Positions 38,807-48,548 are shown, numbered from the stretch's first letter. The stretch is 64,000 nt of DNA from Parcubacteria group bacterium ADurb.Bin305 (GCA_002069525.1 MWBJ01000001.1:21896-85895), one strand, 5' to 3'. Notes: a model not told the origin generated them from the sequence alone. Numbers and translations are program-made.

Positions 38807-40555
38807 ATGAATTTCAAAGATTTTTTTCAATCTTTTTGGGGAGGCGTAATAACTGTTGGCCTGCTAGGCGGTTTAATTATTTTGTTCATTAACCTTGTAA
38901 GAGCACCAAAAGGCCCCATGGTGGAGTTTTCTATAGAAGGACCTCAAACAGTGCGATCTGGAGAAACTAATATCTTTAAATTACTAATTACCAACAACTC
39001 GCGAACACCATTAAATAATGCTGAAATAGAATTAAAGCTGCCAGAAGGGGTATCTGTTGAGGATCTGGCTCAAGAAAACCAAACAACTATTAATTATTTT
39101 TTAGGAGAAATTGAAGCCCGCAAACAGACTGAAAAAACTATTAATTTATTAATCACCGGCTTGCCCAAAACTAGTAAAATCATTGAAGCTGTACTGCGAT
39201 ATCGCTCAGGGTCAGTAACTGCCACTTTTGAAATTCCAACTAAAATATCTGTAGGTATTCAAGAATCCGCCTTTGTCTTGAATATAGATGTCCCTAAAGA
39301 AATCTTTACCGGCCAACTAGTACCTCTTGATATCCGCTGGGAAAATCAAACTAACAATACTTTTGATAATGTCTTTTTAAAAGCAGAGTGGCCTACTGGG
39401 TTCATCTTTCAAGAAGCTAATCCCCCAACTATCCCTGAATCCCTAAATAACACGTGGCTCTTAGGCAATATTAGCCCTCAATCTTCAGGAAAAATTCAAG
39501 TCAAAAGTTTAATTACAGGCCAACCCGGAGAAATGAAAAAAATTACTTTAACTTTAGAAACTAAATTAAATAATAAAGATTACCCCTTAGCTCAAAAAGC
39601 TACTTTTATTACCCTAACCAACAACCCTTTGGAAGTTCTAACTTTAATCAATAACGAACTTAATTATAATGCTGACCTAGGAGAAACTTTAAACGTAGTT
39701 CTAACTTTTAAAAATAATTATTCAAGCGCTTTAAGAAATTTAGTAGTTAAAACAACTCTGAATGGAGACGCTCTTGATTATTCATCATTAAAAGCCCCGA
39801 AGGCGGTTTACAATACTCGCCTACACTCTTTGGTCTGGGATGGTTTAAAAGTTAATGAGATTTATTCTTTAACTCCGGGGGAAACTAGTTCTTTAACTTT
39901 TTCTATCAACTTAAAACAAAATTGGCCAATGTCCAGTGAAACCCAAAAAAATCCTGTCATTGAAATTAGAACCGAAGTGCAAAGCTCTAATATTCCTGAA
40001 AACATCCAAATTTCAGAATTGCCCAAAGCCATTTCTATTAGCAACGTCAAAATCAATACTGAAGCCCAAATAAGTATTGAGAGCTATTTTAAGGAAATCA
40101 CCACCACCTTATTTAATAAAGGCAAGCTACCTCTTCGAGTAGGAGAACCAACAGAGTTTACTATTCATTGGAAGTTAACCAATTCCTACAATACTATAAA
40201 TAATGTTATTGTTAAAACCTCTTTACCTTTATGGGTGGAATTTACCACCTTGGTGGCAGGAAACTACCAAAACGCCCCTAAATATGATCCAAGCACCCGC
40301 CAAATTATTTGGCAATTACCTTCTGTGCCAGCTGGAGCCGGCTATCTAACTGAGGCCCCGGAATTAGTCTTCCAAATTCGCGTTACGCCTACAGCCAATT
40401 TTGTTAATCAACCAATCCCGCTTATAGAAAAAACCATCTTAACAGCTAGGGATTCTTTTACCAGTAAAGAAATTATCCAAGAGTATCCAGCTGTTATGTC
40501 AGACAGGTTGACTGATAAAAGTGTCTCTTATTTGGAAACGATAGTCCAACCATAA
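38807..40555 (+). CDS. membrane-anchored surface protein built of ~5 tandem beta-rich repeat domains (DUF11/CARDB-like)
   Basis: N-terminal TM helix. Recurrent ~110-aa units each carrying a G(E/D)T..x(L/F)x..NN block: SGETNIFKLLITNNS, GQLVPLDIRWENQTNNT, LGETLNVVLTFKNNYS, PGETSSLTFSINLKQN, VGEPTEFTIHWKLTNSYNT. Confidence 0.5.
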   Translation: MNFKDFFQSFWGGVITVGLLGGLIILFINLVRAPKGPMVEFSIEGPQTVRSGETNIFKLLITNNSRTPLNNAEIELKLPEGVSVEDLAQENQTTINYFLGEIEARKQTEKTINLLITGLPKTSKIIEAVLRYRSGSVTATFEIPTKISVGIQESAFVLNIDVPKEIFTGQLVPLDIRWENQTNNTFDNVFLKAEWPTGFIFQEANPPTIPESLNNTWLLGNISPQSSGKIQVKSLITGQPGEMKKITLTLETKLNNKDYPLAQKATFITLTNNPLEVLTLINNELNYNADLGETLNVVLTFKNNYSSALRNLVVKTTLNGDALDYSSLKAPKAVYNTRLHSLVWDGLKVNEIYSLTPGETSSLTFSINLKQNWPMSSETQKNPVIEIRTEVQSSNIPENIQISELPKAISISNVKINTEAQISIESYFKEITTTLFNKGKLPLRVGEPTEFTIHWKLTNSYNTINNVIVKTSLPLWVEFTTLVAGNYQNAPKYDPSTRQIIWQLPSVPAGAGYLTEAPELVFQIRVTPTANFVNQPIPLIEKTILTARDSFTSKEIIQEYPAVMSDRLTDKSVSYLETIVQP

Positions 40556-40839
40556 ATAATAAACTTAAAAGTAAATCAATAGTCCCCCAAAATTTTTTCT
40601 AAGAGAAAAACATCTTTTCTAAATATTAAAATCCAAACTAGTAAGAATCTAACAGGTCCACCCATTCGAGCACCGAAGATAACTTAAATTTACTGGGGAT
40701 TGCTTGAGATTTTAATTAATTTTTGCTATAGTTTAAATATCTGTCTCAGTTATTATAAAATTAAAAAACCCGCTCTTAGTAGCTGAAAATATTTTAGCGT
40801 ATTTTATTAATTATTGTTGGCAAAATCTAGCTGAAAAAT

Positions 40840-40913
40840 GCCGTCATCGTCTAGTCTGGTTAGGACACGGGGCCTTCAATCCCGTAACATGGGTTCAAAT
40901 CCCATTGACGGCG
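40840..40913 (+). tRNA. tRNA-Glu (anticodon UUC)
   Basis: Hand-folded. Acceptor GCCGTCA/TGACGGC. D-arm GTCT-agtctggtta-GGAC. Anticodon stem CGGGG/TCCCG with loop CCTTCAA. T-arm ATGGG-TTCAAAT-CCCAT. Discriminator G. Confidence 0.85.
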
Positions 40914-40939
40914 CTAGTAAATAAAATCATACTGAAATT

Positions 40940-42028
40940 ATGCTAATTTTATCAATTGAAACCTCTTGCGACGAAACAGCTATGGCTTTATTAAATATTA
41001 GCCAATCAAAATCTAAAATACAATATAGAGTTTTATCAGAATCGGTAGCCAGCCAAATCAAGCTCCATAGACGTTATGGCGGAGTAGTTCCTAATTTAGC
41101 TAGCAGAGAGCATGCCAAAAATTTTCCTATTATTCTAAAACAAACCCTTAAGACCTCCTACCCTCCAATCTCATTTAAAAACTTAGATTTAATAGCTGCT
41201 ACTATAGGCCCCGGGCTTTTACCCTCTTTATTAATAGGAGTCAATGGCGCTAAAACTTTAAGCTGGTTTTTAAATAAACCACTTGCGGGTGTTAACCATC
41301 TAACCGGACATCTGTTTAGTTTTTTACTGAACGAAGAATTTCAAACATCTGAAGGTTATTCTTTTGACCTATCAAAACAAAAAGATGTTTTCCCAGCTAT
41401 CGGCTTAATAGTGTCAGGAGGGCATACTACCTTAGTCAAGCTCTCGGGGTTTTCTAAAATTAAAATGTTAGGAGAGACCCGAGACGATGCAGCTGGAGAA
41501 TGCCTAGATAAATGCGCCAGATTATTAAATTTAGGATACCCCGGAGGTCCAATCATTGCTAAATTAGCTAAAAATAATCCTAAAATTACCAAAGTTAAAT
41601 TCCCGAGACCAATGGCTAATTCTGATAATTATGATTTTTCTTTTTCTGGCTTAAAAACTGCTGTTTTATATTTTGTTCAATCTTTAACAGAACAAGAAAA
41701 AAAAGAACTCTTGCCACAAATGTGCTATGAAATCCAAGAAGCTGTAGTAGATGTCTTAATAATCAAAGCGCTTAAGGCAGCTAGAGAATACTCAGCTAAA
41801 AGCCTTGTCTTGGGAGGCGGAGTAACAGCCAATAATAGATTAAGAGAAAAGATAATGTTAGCTGCCCAACGAGAACACCTCCAACTCTTCCTTCCACCTA
41901 TAAAATATGCTACTGATAATGCTACCATTATGGCCTTGCCAGCTTATTTACGCTATCATAAAGTTTCCCAAAAAACTTTAATTAATAATTGGAAAAAATT
42001 AGACGCCAAGGCTAATATTACCATATAA
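40940..42028 (+). CDS. tsaD: tRNA N6-adenosine threonylcarbamoyltransferase (Kae1/TsaD family)
   Basis: MLILSIETSCDETAMALL N-terminus. Metal-binding H-x3-H as NHLTGH. GxGG/acetate-kinase-like fold signatures. 362 aa. Confidence 0.85.
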   Translation: MLILSIETSCDETAMALLNISQSKSKIQYRVLSESVASQIKLHRRYGGVVPNLASREHAKNFPIILKQTLKTSYPPISFKNLDLIAATIGPGLLPSLLIGVNGAKTLSWFLNKPLAGVNHLTGHLFSFLLNEEFQTSEGYSFDLSKQKDVFPAIGLIVSGGHTTLVKLSGFSKIKMLGETRDDAAGECLDKCARLLNLGYPGGPIIAKLAKNNPKITKVKFPRPMANSDNYDFSFSGLKTAVLYFVQSLTEQEKKELLPQMCYEIQEAVVDVLIIKALKAAREYSAKSLVLGGGVTANNRLREKIMLAAQREHLQLFLPPIKYATDNATIMALPAYLRYHKVSQKTLINNWKKLDAKANITI

Positions 42029-42052
42029 AAATTTAGGGTTATTTAATAGGAT

Positions 42053-44263
42053 ATGAAATCTTTACCTAAAATTTATCCTTTCCAAGCAACAGAAAGTAAA
42101 ATATATAAACTGTGGGAAAAATCAGGTTATTTTAATCCTGACAATTTACCCCCAACCCCATCTGGCCACCGGCAAGATAAATTCTGCATCATAATGCCAC
42201 CCCCGAATGCTAATGATCCTTTACATATTGGGCACGCTGTTTTTATTACGTTAGAGGATTTAATGATTAGGTATAACCGTCTCCGAGGTAAAAAAACTCT
42301 TTGGGTGCCGGGTACTGATCACGCAGGATTTGAAACACAAGTAGTTTTTGAAAAAAAGCTAGAAAAAGAAGGAAAAAACCGTTTTTCTATGAGTCGAGAA
42401 GAATTTTATAACGCGGTTTATAAATATACCCAAAAAAATAAAAAAATTGTCAGGCAACAATTAAAAATGATGGGGGCTTCATGCGATTGGTCTCGAGAGA
42501 AATTCACTTTGGATAAAGATATTATCAACCTTGTCTATGAAACCTTCGCCCAACTCTACCACAACGACTTGATATATAGAGGTCAACGAATAGTTAATTA
42601 CTGCCCCAAGCACAAAACAGCTTTATCTGATTTAGAGGTAAAATACGAAACCGAAGAAGGCAAGCTATATTTTATCAAATATAATTTTACTAATAATTCT
42701 GAGCGCTACTTAGAAGTAGCCACTACTAGACCAGAAACTATCCCCGGGGACTTAGCGTTAGCAGTTAATCCTAAAGATAGCAGGTATCAAAGTATAATTG
42801 GCCAAACAGTAATAGAACCCATAACTGAAAGAGTAATCCCTGTTATTAAAGATAAAAGAGTGGAGATAGGATTTGGCACCGGGGTTTTAAAAGTTACTCC
42901 ATCTCATGACCCAGTAGATTTTGAAATAGGGCAAGAACACCAATTAGGCCAAAGACCAATTATAGACCTCAATGGCAAATTTAATGAACTAGCTGGCCCG
43001 CTTAATGGTTTATCTATTAAGGAAGGACGCGCCAAGGTGTTGACTCTGCTCCAAGACAAAAACGCCTTAATTAAAGAAGAAAGTTATAGCCACGAAGTGG
43101 GGCATTGTTATAAATGTTTTTCAGTTATAGAACCAATGGTAATGGATCAATGGTTTGTTAGAATGACTACCCCTTATCAAAATCAAAAATCATTACGCGA
43201 TTTAGCTTGGGATGCTGTTAAGCAAAAACAAATTAAAATTATTCCTGCTAAGTTTGAAAAAGTATTTTTTCATTGGTTAAAAAACTTAAAAGATTGGAAC
43301 ATTTCTCGTCAAATCTTTTGGGGTATTAGAATTCCTGTCTATTATTGCCGCGAGCAAAATAATTCAGCCTGCCAACAGCAAAAAGGAATTATTGTTTCAG
43401 CAAAAAAAATAACTAAATGCCCATATTGCGGCAGCCATGACATCATTCAAGATCCAGATGTGCTAGATACTTGGTTTTCGTCAAGTCAATGGCCTTTTGT
43501 CACCCTAATGTCTAATCAAGAAAATGATTTCGAGGAATTCTATCCTACTCAAGTAATGGAAACCGGCTGGGATATTTTATTTTTTTGGGTAGCTCGAATG
43601 ATTATGATGGGAATCTATAGGACCGGAAAAATACCCTTCGAAACAGTTTATTTACATGGTTTAGTGCGAGATAAAGATCGCCAAAAAATGTCTAAATCCA
43701 AAGGTAACGCCATTGACCCTTTAGGTGTCTCTCGTCTTTATGGAACTGACGCTTTAAGAATGTCTCTCATTATAGGCAATAGCGCAGGCAATGATATTAT
43801 AATTTCTGAAGACAAAATAAAAGGTTATAGAAATTTTGCCAATAAAATTTGGAATGTGAGTAGATTTATAGACCTAAACCTTCAAAATTTTGAGCCTCAA
43901 AACCAAATTAAATTAACAAGCCATGACAAAAAACTACTGAACGATCTGGTAAAAATAGAAAAAAAAGTTACTGGTTATCTAGATAATTTCCAATTTTCTT
44001 TAGCCGGAGAAACTATTTACCATTATTTTTGGCATACTTTTGCTGATAAAATAGTGGAAGAGGCGAAAATTAGAATACGAGAAAAAAACAATGACCAAGC
44101 TGCACAATATCTACTTTATTCAATTTTAAAAAATTGTTTAATTCTACTTCATCCTTTTATGCCTTTTGTTACAGAAACGCTCTGGCAAAGAATCATTGTT
44201 CCGCGCGAACCTAATAAAAAAAATGCTAATCTGCTACTAGTAGCGAACTGGCCCATTGAATAA
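42053..44263 (+). CDS. valS: valine--tRNA ligase (short form lacking C-terminal coiled-coil)
   Basis: MPPPNANDPLHIGHA (the PPPNxTGxLHxGH block of ValRS) and KMSKSKGN. 736 aa. Confidence 0.85.
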   Translation: MKSLPKIYPFQATESKIYKLWEKSGYFNPDNLPPTPSGHRQDKFCIIMPPPNANDPLHIGHAVFITLEDLMIRYNRLRGKKTLWVPGTDHAGFETQVVFEKKLEKEGKNRFSMSREEFYNAVYKYTQKNKKIVRQQLKMMGASCDWSREKFTLDKDIINLVYETFAQLYHNDLIYRGQRIVNYCPKHKTALSDLEVKYETEEGKLYFIKYNFTNNSERYLEVATTRPETIPGDLALAVNPKDSRYQSIIGQTVIEPITERVIPVIKDKRVEIGFGTGVLKVTPSHDPVDFEIGQEHQLGQRPIIDLNGKFNELAGPLNGLSIKEGRAKVLTLLQDKNALIKEESYSHEVGHCYKCFSVIEPMVMDQWFVRMTTPYQNQKSLRDLAWDAVKQKQIKIIPAKFEKVFFHWLKNLKDWNISRQIFWGIRIPVYYCREQNNSACQQQKGIIVSAKKITKCPYCGSHDIIQDPDVLDTWFSSSQWPFVTLMSNQENDFEEFYPTQVMETGWDILFFWVARMIMMGIYRTGKIPFETVYLHGLVRDKDRQKMSKSKGNAIDPLGVSRLYGTDALRMSLIIGNSAGNDIIISEDKIKGYRNFANKIWNVSRFIDLNLQNFEPQNQIKLTSHDKKLLNDLVKIEKKVTGYLDNFQFSLAGETIYHYFWHTFADKIVEEAKIRIREKNNDQAAQYLLYSILKNCLILLHPFMPFVTETLWQRIIVPREPNKKNANLLLVANWPIE

Positions 44264-44291
44264 TCATAAACTTAGACGTTAATAATATATT

Positions 44292-45008
44292 ATGATATGG
44301 CAATCTCTATTTTTAAGCAGCCTGCTCTCCGCCTTACCAATAGTGGCGTGGCTGATTTTTTTTCTCTGGCAGGACGTTAAAAAACCTGAGCCAAAGCGTT
44401 GGATTTTTTTGTGTTTCTCTTTGGGTGCTTTGACCACTCCAATTGCTTACTGGTTAGAAAATCGCTTTATTATATGGAGTGGAATTAATTTAGAAAGCGA
44501 GCTCTCAATAGGGGTAAATATCTTACTCTATGGAGTAATCGCCCTAATTGAAGAATTATTAAAGTTTTTAGTTATTAGAATAGCTTTAAAAGAAAATCGT
44601 TATTTTGATGAAGCCATAGATGCTATGATTTATTTAATCGCAGCTGCTTTAGGTTTTGGGGTGATAGAAAATATTTTAGCCAGTTTAGATTATTTTATCA
44701 TCCCAAATTATTATCTCAACGGAATAGGTGTTTTAGTTTTGCGTTTTATTGGAGCTAATTTAGTTCATGTTTTATCCAGCGGCCTGATAGGTTATTTTTG
44801 GGCTTTATTTTTAATCTCGAAGAAAAAATATTATTTGTACGAGGGTTTATTTTGGGGCATCCTCTTGCATTGGGGCTTTAATCTTGCTATTATATTCTTT
44901 GGACAAGCAGCTTTATTAAGCATTACAATTTTTTTGTTTGCAGTAACAATTTGTCTCTTATGGATATTTGATACTCTAAAGCATGTAGAAAAGCGAATAG
45001 AGTATTAA
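44292..45008 (+). CDS. PrsW-like intramembrane metalloprotease family protein
   Basis: Polytopic membrane protein with EELLK (EExxK), NLVHV and HWGFN (HxxxN) motifs in TM helices, as in the PrsW/CPBP-related family. Confidence 0.5.
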   Translation: MIWQSLFLSSLLSALPIVAWLIFFLWQDVKKPEPKRWIFLCFSLGALTTPIAYWLENRFIIWSGINLESELSIGVNILLYGVIALIEELLKFLVIRIALKENRYFDEAIDAMIYLIAAALGFGVIENILASLDYFIIPNYYLNGIGVLVLRFIGANLVHVLSSGLIGYFWALFLISKKKYYLYEGLFWGILLHWGFNLAIIFFGQAALLSITIFLFAVTICLLWIFDTLKHVEKRIEY

Positions 45009-45075
45009 TAATTTTATATAATTTTTAATGATGGTAGTTCAAATAATCAAATTAACACTAAACTAAATCAAACAT

Positions 45076-45492
45076 ATGACAGAAAAAAATAAAACTAATG
45101 ATCTCAATAATAATATAACAAATCATCTTTCTTGGCCAGCCAACGAAGAAGAAGGTGAATTAGCAATTGATTTATATGAAACCGACAAAAACTTAGTCTT
45201 AAAAGCAGTGGTAGGTGGTGTCAAAATTAATAATTTAGATATAGCTATTACCAATGATATGATCACTATTAAAGGAGAAAGAAAACCTGAGGAGCATGAA
45301 GAAATTAAAAAAGTTTATTATAATGAATGTTTTTGGGGAATATTTTCCAGAGCTATAATTTTACCGGCTGAAATTGATGCTGATAAAGCTAAAGCTACTT
45401 TAAAAAACGGCTTATTAACAATTTATCTACCCAAAATAGAAAAAAATAAGGAAAAAACAGTCAAGATTATTGAAGAAAACGAGGAAAATTAA
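45076..45492 (+). CDS. Hsp20/alpha-crystallin family small heat-shock protein
   Basis: ELAIDLYETDKNLVLKAVVGGVKINNLDIAITNDMITIKGER...GLLTIYLPK is the alpha-crystallin domain pattern. 138 aa. Confidence 0.8.
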   Translation: MTEKNKTNDLNNNITNHLSWPANEEEGELAIDLYETDKNLVLKAVVGGVKINNLDIAITNDMITIKGERKPEEHEEIKKVYYNECFWGIFSRAIILPAEIDADKAKATLKNGLLTIYLPKIEKNKEKTVKIIEENEEN

Positions 45493-45514
45493 AATAACCA
45501 ATAACCACCTGACA

Positions 45515-45599
45515 GCCGAAGTGGCGGAATTGGTAGACGCGCTAGGTTTAGGACCTAGTCCTTTTTATAAGGGTGAGAGTTCGAATCTCTCCTTCGGCA
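45515..45599 (+). tRNA. tRNA-Leu (anticodon UAG), long variable arm
   Basis: Hand-folded. Acceptor GCCGAAG/CTTCGGC. Anticodon stem CTAGG/CCTAG with loop TTTAGGA. Long variable arm CCTTTTTATAAGGGT. T-arm GAGAG-TTCGAAT-CTCTC. Discriminator A. Confidence 0.85.
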
Positions 45600-45623
45600 C
45601 TTAATGTATAAGCTGAGGCAAAT

Positions 45624-45663
45624 CAATAAAAACCCCTCTTAGATAAAAAGAGGGGTTTTTATT
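45624..45663. terminator. bidirectional Rho-independent terminator
   Basis: aaaaACCCCTCTTagataaaAAGAGGGGTttttatt: 10-bp GC-rich stem flanked by an A-tract and a T-tract. Sits between the convergent tRNA-Leu/hsp20 (+) and the pilin-like gene (-). Confidence 0.7.
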
Positions 45664-45683
45664 GTGGCCTTAAATTAAATATA

Positions 45684-46121
45684 CTATTTTGCTGTTGGCC
45701 ATTTAACCGTAGTAGAACTACCAGCAATAAATTGAGTTACTACATTAACTAAGAATTTAGCTAATAAGGCTACGGCAAAGCCGATTAAAGCATATATTAA
45801 AACCTGCATAGCTAATTTAATTTTATCTTCCTTACCACCAGCTGTCACATAAGTAAAACCAGCATAAACAATCATAATCGCTGAAACTAACAAAACTATA
45901 TTAGCAAACCAGTTTAAAGCTTTGGCTAATAACCCCCAAATATCTATATCTGTCATTTCTGGGGGCCAATTAGGATTAGGCGGCTCATTGGCCGCCTCGG
46001 TCACTACTGGCAAGCCAACAATACCACCAATCATAGCAGAGAGTAATATAAATGCAGCTAATTTATAAGTTAATTTTTTCATAAAACTTTGAGGAATTTT
46101 AATTTTACTAAAAATAAGCAT
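45684..46121 (-). CDS. small secreted two-TM protein, TrbC/VirB2-like pilin topology (paralog 1 of 3)
   Basis: Signal peptide ending VVTEA-ANEPP. Then two hydrophobic helices around the motif YAGFTYVTAGGKEDKIKLAMQVLIYALIGFAVALLAKFL. Confidence 0.45.
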   Translation of the reverse strand: MLIFSKIKIPQSFMKKLTYKLAAFILLSAMIGGIVGLPVVTEAANEPPNPNWPPEMTDIDIWGLLAKALNWFANIVLLVSAIMIVYAGFTYVTAGGKEDKIKLAMQVLIYALIGFAVALLAKFLVNVVTQFIAGSSTTVKWPTAK

Positions 46122-46200
46122 TAATTATCGACCATTAATAAGTTAATTTATTTTATTTAGTTTATTATAATCGAAAATGCCCACGAAGTCAAGAGAACAA

Positions 46201-46641
46201 TTAAATAATCGGCTGGCTAGGTGGCTGACCGGTAAAAAACTCATAAAGTAAATTAGGTACTGCTTGAGCAATAAGAGCTAACGCTAAACCTATTAAAGCC
46301 CAAACTAATACCCTTTGGGCTAATTTAATTCTTTCTTCATTGCCACCGGCTGTCGCGTAAGTAAAACCTGCATAAACCACCATAATAGGTGCAATGTAAA
46401 ACACTAGTCTAATCAAAAATTTTACGATATTTCTAACCACTTGACCAATAGTAGTGGTTTTACCCAAAGGATTAGGCAAAGAAATCGCGCCAGAACCACC
46501 GCCACTCGTACCGCCAATACCGCCGCCAATTCCACCACCACCAGCTCCCGGCTCATTTAGAGCCTTGGATAAAACAGGAAACCCTATGATGATAACAACG
46601 ATAACCATTAAAATGATAGAGACAAATAATTTAGAGTTCAT
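46201..46641 (-). CDS. small secreted two-TM protein, TrbC/VirB2-like pilin topology (paralog 2 of 3), with Gly-rich linker
   Basis: Signal or TM N-terminus. GAGGGGIGGGIGGTSGGGSGA low-complexity tract. Shared motif YAGFTYATAGGNEERIKLAQRVLVWALIGLALALIAQAV. Confidence 0.45.
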   Translation of the reverse strand: MNSKLFVSIILMVIVVIIIGFPVLSKALNEPGAGGGGIGGGIGGTSGGGSGAISLPNPLGKTTTIGQVVRNIVKFLIRLVFYIAPIMVVYAGFTYATAGGNEERIKLAQRVLVWALIGLALALIAQAVPNLLYEFFTGQPPSQPII

Positions 46642-46692
46642 AAAATAGTTTAAAATAATTTTAAGATAATGTTTCTTTGGGGGTCTTAAGTT

Positions 46693-47184
46693 TTAATAAC
46701 ATTCCAAATGCCACCAACTACCAGTCATATTGAAACCGCCTATTTCTTTAATGAACCAGAAAAAAGTATGCACAATCACCCAAGCTAAAAGCACAATAGC
46801 TAACCCTATTATAGCATTAGTGATCAGTTTTTGTCCAGCAGTAATGTTTTTTTGATTACCAAAAGATAACATCCACATAAAAGCTCCGACTATAATAATA
46901 ACTATACAAATCCAAAAAGCTAGTTGTAAAACAAAATTAATGACATTTTGCACTAAAACTAAAAGATCGCAAACGGTACACGCTAATCCTTCGCACGGAA
47001 CCAATCCTCCCTCAGAAATTTGAGGTAAAGCGCTCGGCGTTGAAGTAATGGTTACTGGTAAAATAGAAGGAATAAAAGGAAGCGTAGCCGAGGTAGCTCC
47101 GGTAACTAAAACAGGCAAGACAATTAAAATTATCAAGAAATTAATTAAATAAATTCGCGATAATTTTGATAAAAATTTTTTCAT
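46693..47184 (-). CDS. small secreted two-TM protein, divergent paralog 3 of the pilin-like triplet
   Basis: Signal peptide. Cys cluster CEGLACTVCD. Same two-helix architecture VGAFMWMLSFGNQKNITAGQKLITNAIIGLAIVLLAWVI. Confidence 0.4.
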   Translation of the reverse strand: MKKFLSKLSRIYLINFLIILIVLPVLVTGATSATLPFIPSILPVTITSTPSALPQISEGGLVPCEGLACTVCDLLVLVQNVINFVLQLAFWICIVIIIVGAFMWMLSFGNQKNITAGQKLITNAIIGLAIVLLAWVIVHTFFWFIKEIGGFNMTGSWWHLECY

Positions 47185-47233
47185 AGAGATGCCAAAATAA
47201 ATTTTATTTCTAAAGAAAAATTCTGTTGAGAAA

Positions 47234-48535
47234 TTATTTCCAAGAAAAATTTAAAGTATTAGCCCCATCTAAAACTACATCGTGAGGAGGTAGTTTTCTT
47301 ATACCCACATCATCTATCATCTGTTTAAAAACGTTGTCAAACTGTTCATAGTCGTATTGATAATAAATCCAACTATTCAATGATTGAGCTAAAAAAGTAC
47401 TATCTAGAGGTTCATTTAAATAAGCAGCAATAATATTCTTATTAGCAGGTGGCCTATGGGTTATATTATAATAAGCATCTGCCCCTTCATTGGAATTCAA
47501 AAATTTTAAAAATAACCAAGATTCTTTAGGGTGTTTGGTCTGTGTACTGACTAAATAATAAGAAATACGAGCATAATTATTTTGATTAGGGTTATTACGA
47601 AAATTAGGCAAAGAACTAATTTTAAAATTCAGCAAAGGATTGTATTCCCTTAGCACATCTATGGCTTGTTCGTAACCAATCATCAGCGCTGTTTTTCCTT
47701 GACTAAAAGCAATGACTGAATCGGGTAAATTCTCATTCCAAGAATAATTAATAGACAAAGGGTTGGCAAATTGAGTATAAAATTGCAAAGCTGCTTCAGC
47801 CGGCACTATTGGTTGATTCTGCCAAAGGGTGGCATCTTTAAAAACTACCAGACCTAAATTTTCATCAACCACAGGGCTGCCTAACTGACCCATTAAAGCA
47901 GAAAGAATATCCGTAGCCCAACGCACGTTATTGCTCGTACCCAAAGCAATGGCTGAACGAATCAAACGACCATTGGGCTCTAAAATTCTTAATTTAGGGA
48001 TAAGATCTAAAACTTCTTCCCAAGTTTTTGGAGGTAAAGGAATAGCCGAAGCATTAAAAATGTCTTGATTATAATAAAGAGCCAGAGTATCAATGCTTAC
48101 CGGTATACCATAAAGATAAGAATTATTAACCAGCACTGGTTTCAGGCTAGTTTCGGAATAAGTCTCTAGTAATTTTTTGACTGTGATTTGTTTATCCTGA
48201 GGAAGATACAAAGGCCAAGCTTTATTCTGATATTTAGGAAACCACGTGTCATAGACAAAAAAAACATCAGGGGCTTCATTATCAGCAAAAGCTTTCAGTA
48301 AGGCCTGATGATATTCTTCTTCTGAAAATTGGGTATAGAAAATTGTAAGATGCGGATAACCACTGGTAAACTGATCGAATACTTGAGTCATTTTCTCAAC
48401 TGACTCGATTCCCCACACTTGTAAAGTAATGGCTCTAGGTTTGGCAATAAAGGAAAAGTAAATTAAGGCCACAAATCCAATTACGGCTGCAATTACTCCT
48501 ATTACTATATTCCTTTGTTTTGGCGTTAAACTCAT
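47234..48535 (-). CDS. extracellular solute-binding protein (ABC transporter SBP family 1-like), membrane-anchored
   Basis: N-terminal TM anchor then a ~400-aa periplasmic-binding-protein-like domain (LQVWGIE...). No cognate permease or ATPase nearby. Confidence 0.55.
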   Translation of the reverse strand: MSLTPKQRNIVIGVIAAVIGFVALIYFSFIAKPRAITLQVWGIESVEKMTQVFDQFTSGYPHLTIFYTQFSEEEYHQALLKAFADNEAPDVFFVYDTWFPKYQNKAWPLYLPQDKQITVKKLLETYSETSLKPVLVNNSYLYGIPVSIDTLALYYNQDIFNASAIPLPPKTWEEVLDLIPKLRILEPNGRLIRSAIALGTSNNVRWATDILSALMGQLGSPVVDENLGLVVFKDATLWQNQPIVPAEAALQFYTQFANPLSINYSWNENLPDSVIAFSQGKTALMIGYEQAIDVLREYNPLLNFKISSLPNFRNNPNQNNYARISYYLVSTQTKHPKESWLFLKFLNSNEGADAYYNITHRPPANKNIIAAYLNEPLDSTFLAQSLNSWIYYQYDYEQFDNVFKQMIDDVGIRKLPPHDVVLDGANTLNFSWK

Positions 48536-48548
48536 AATGACTTTTTTA

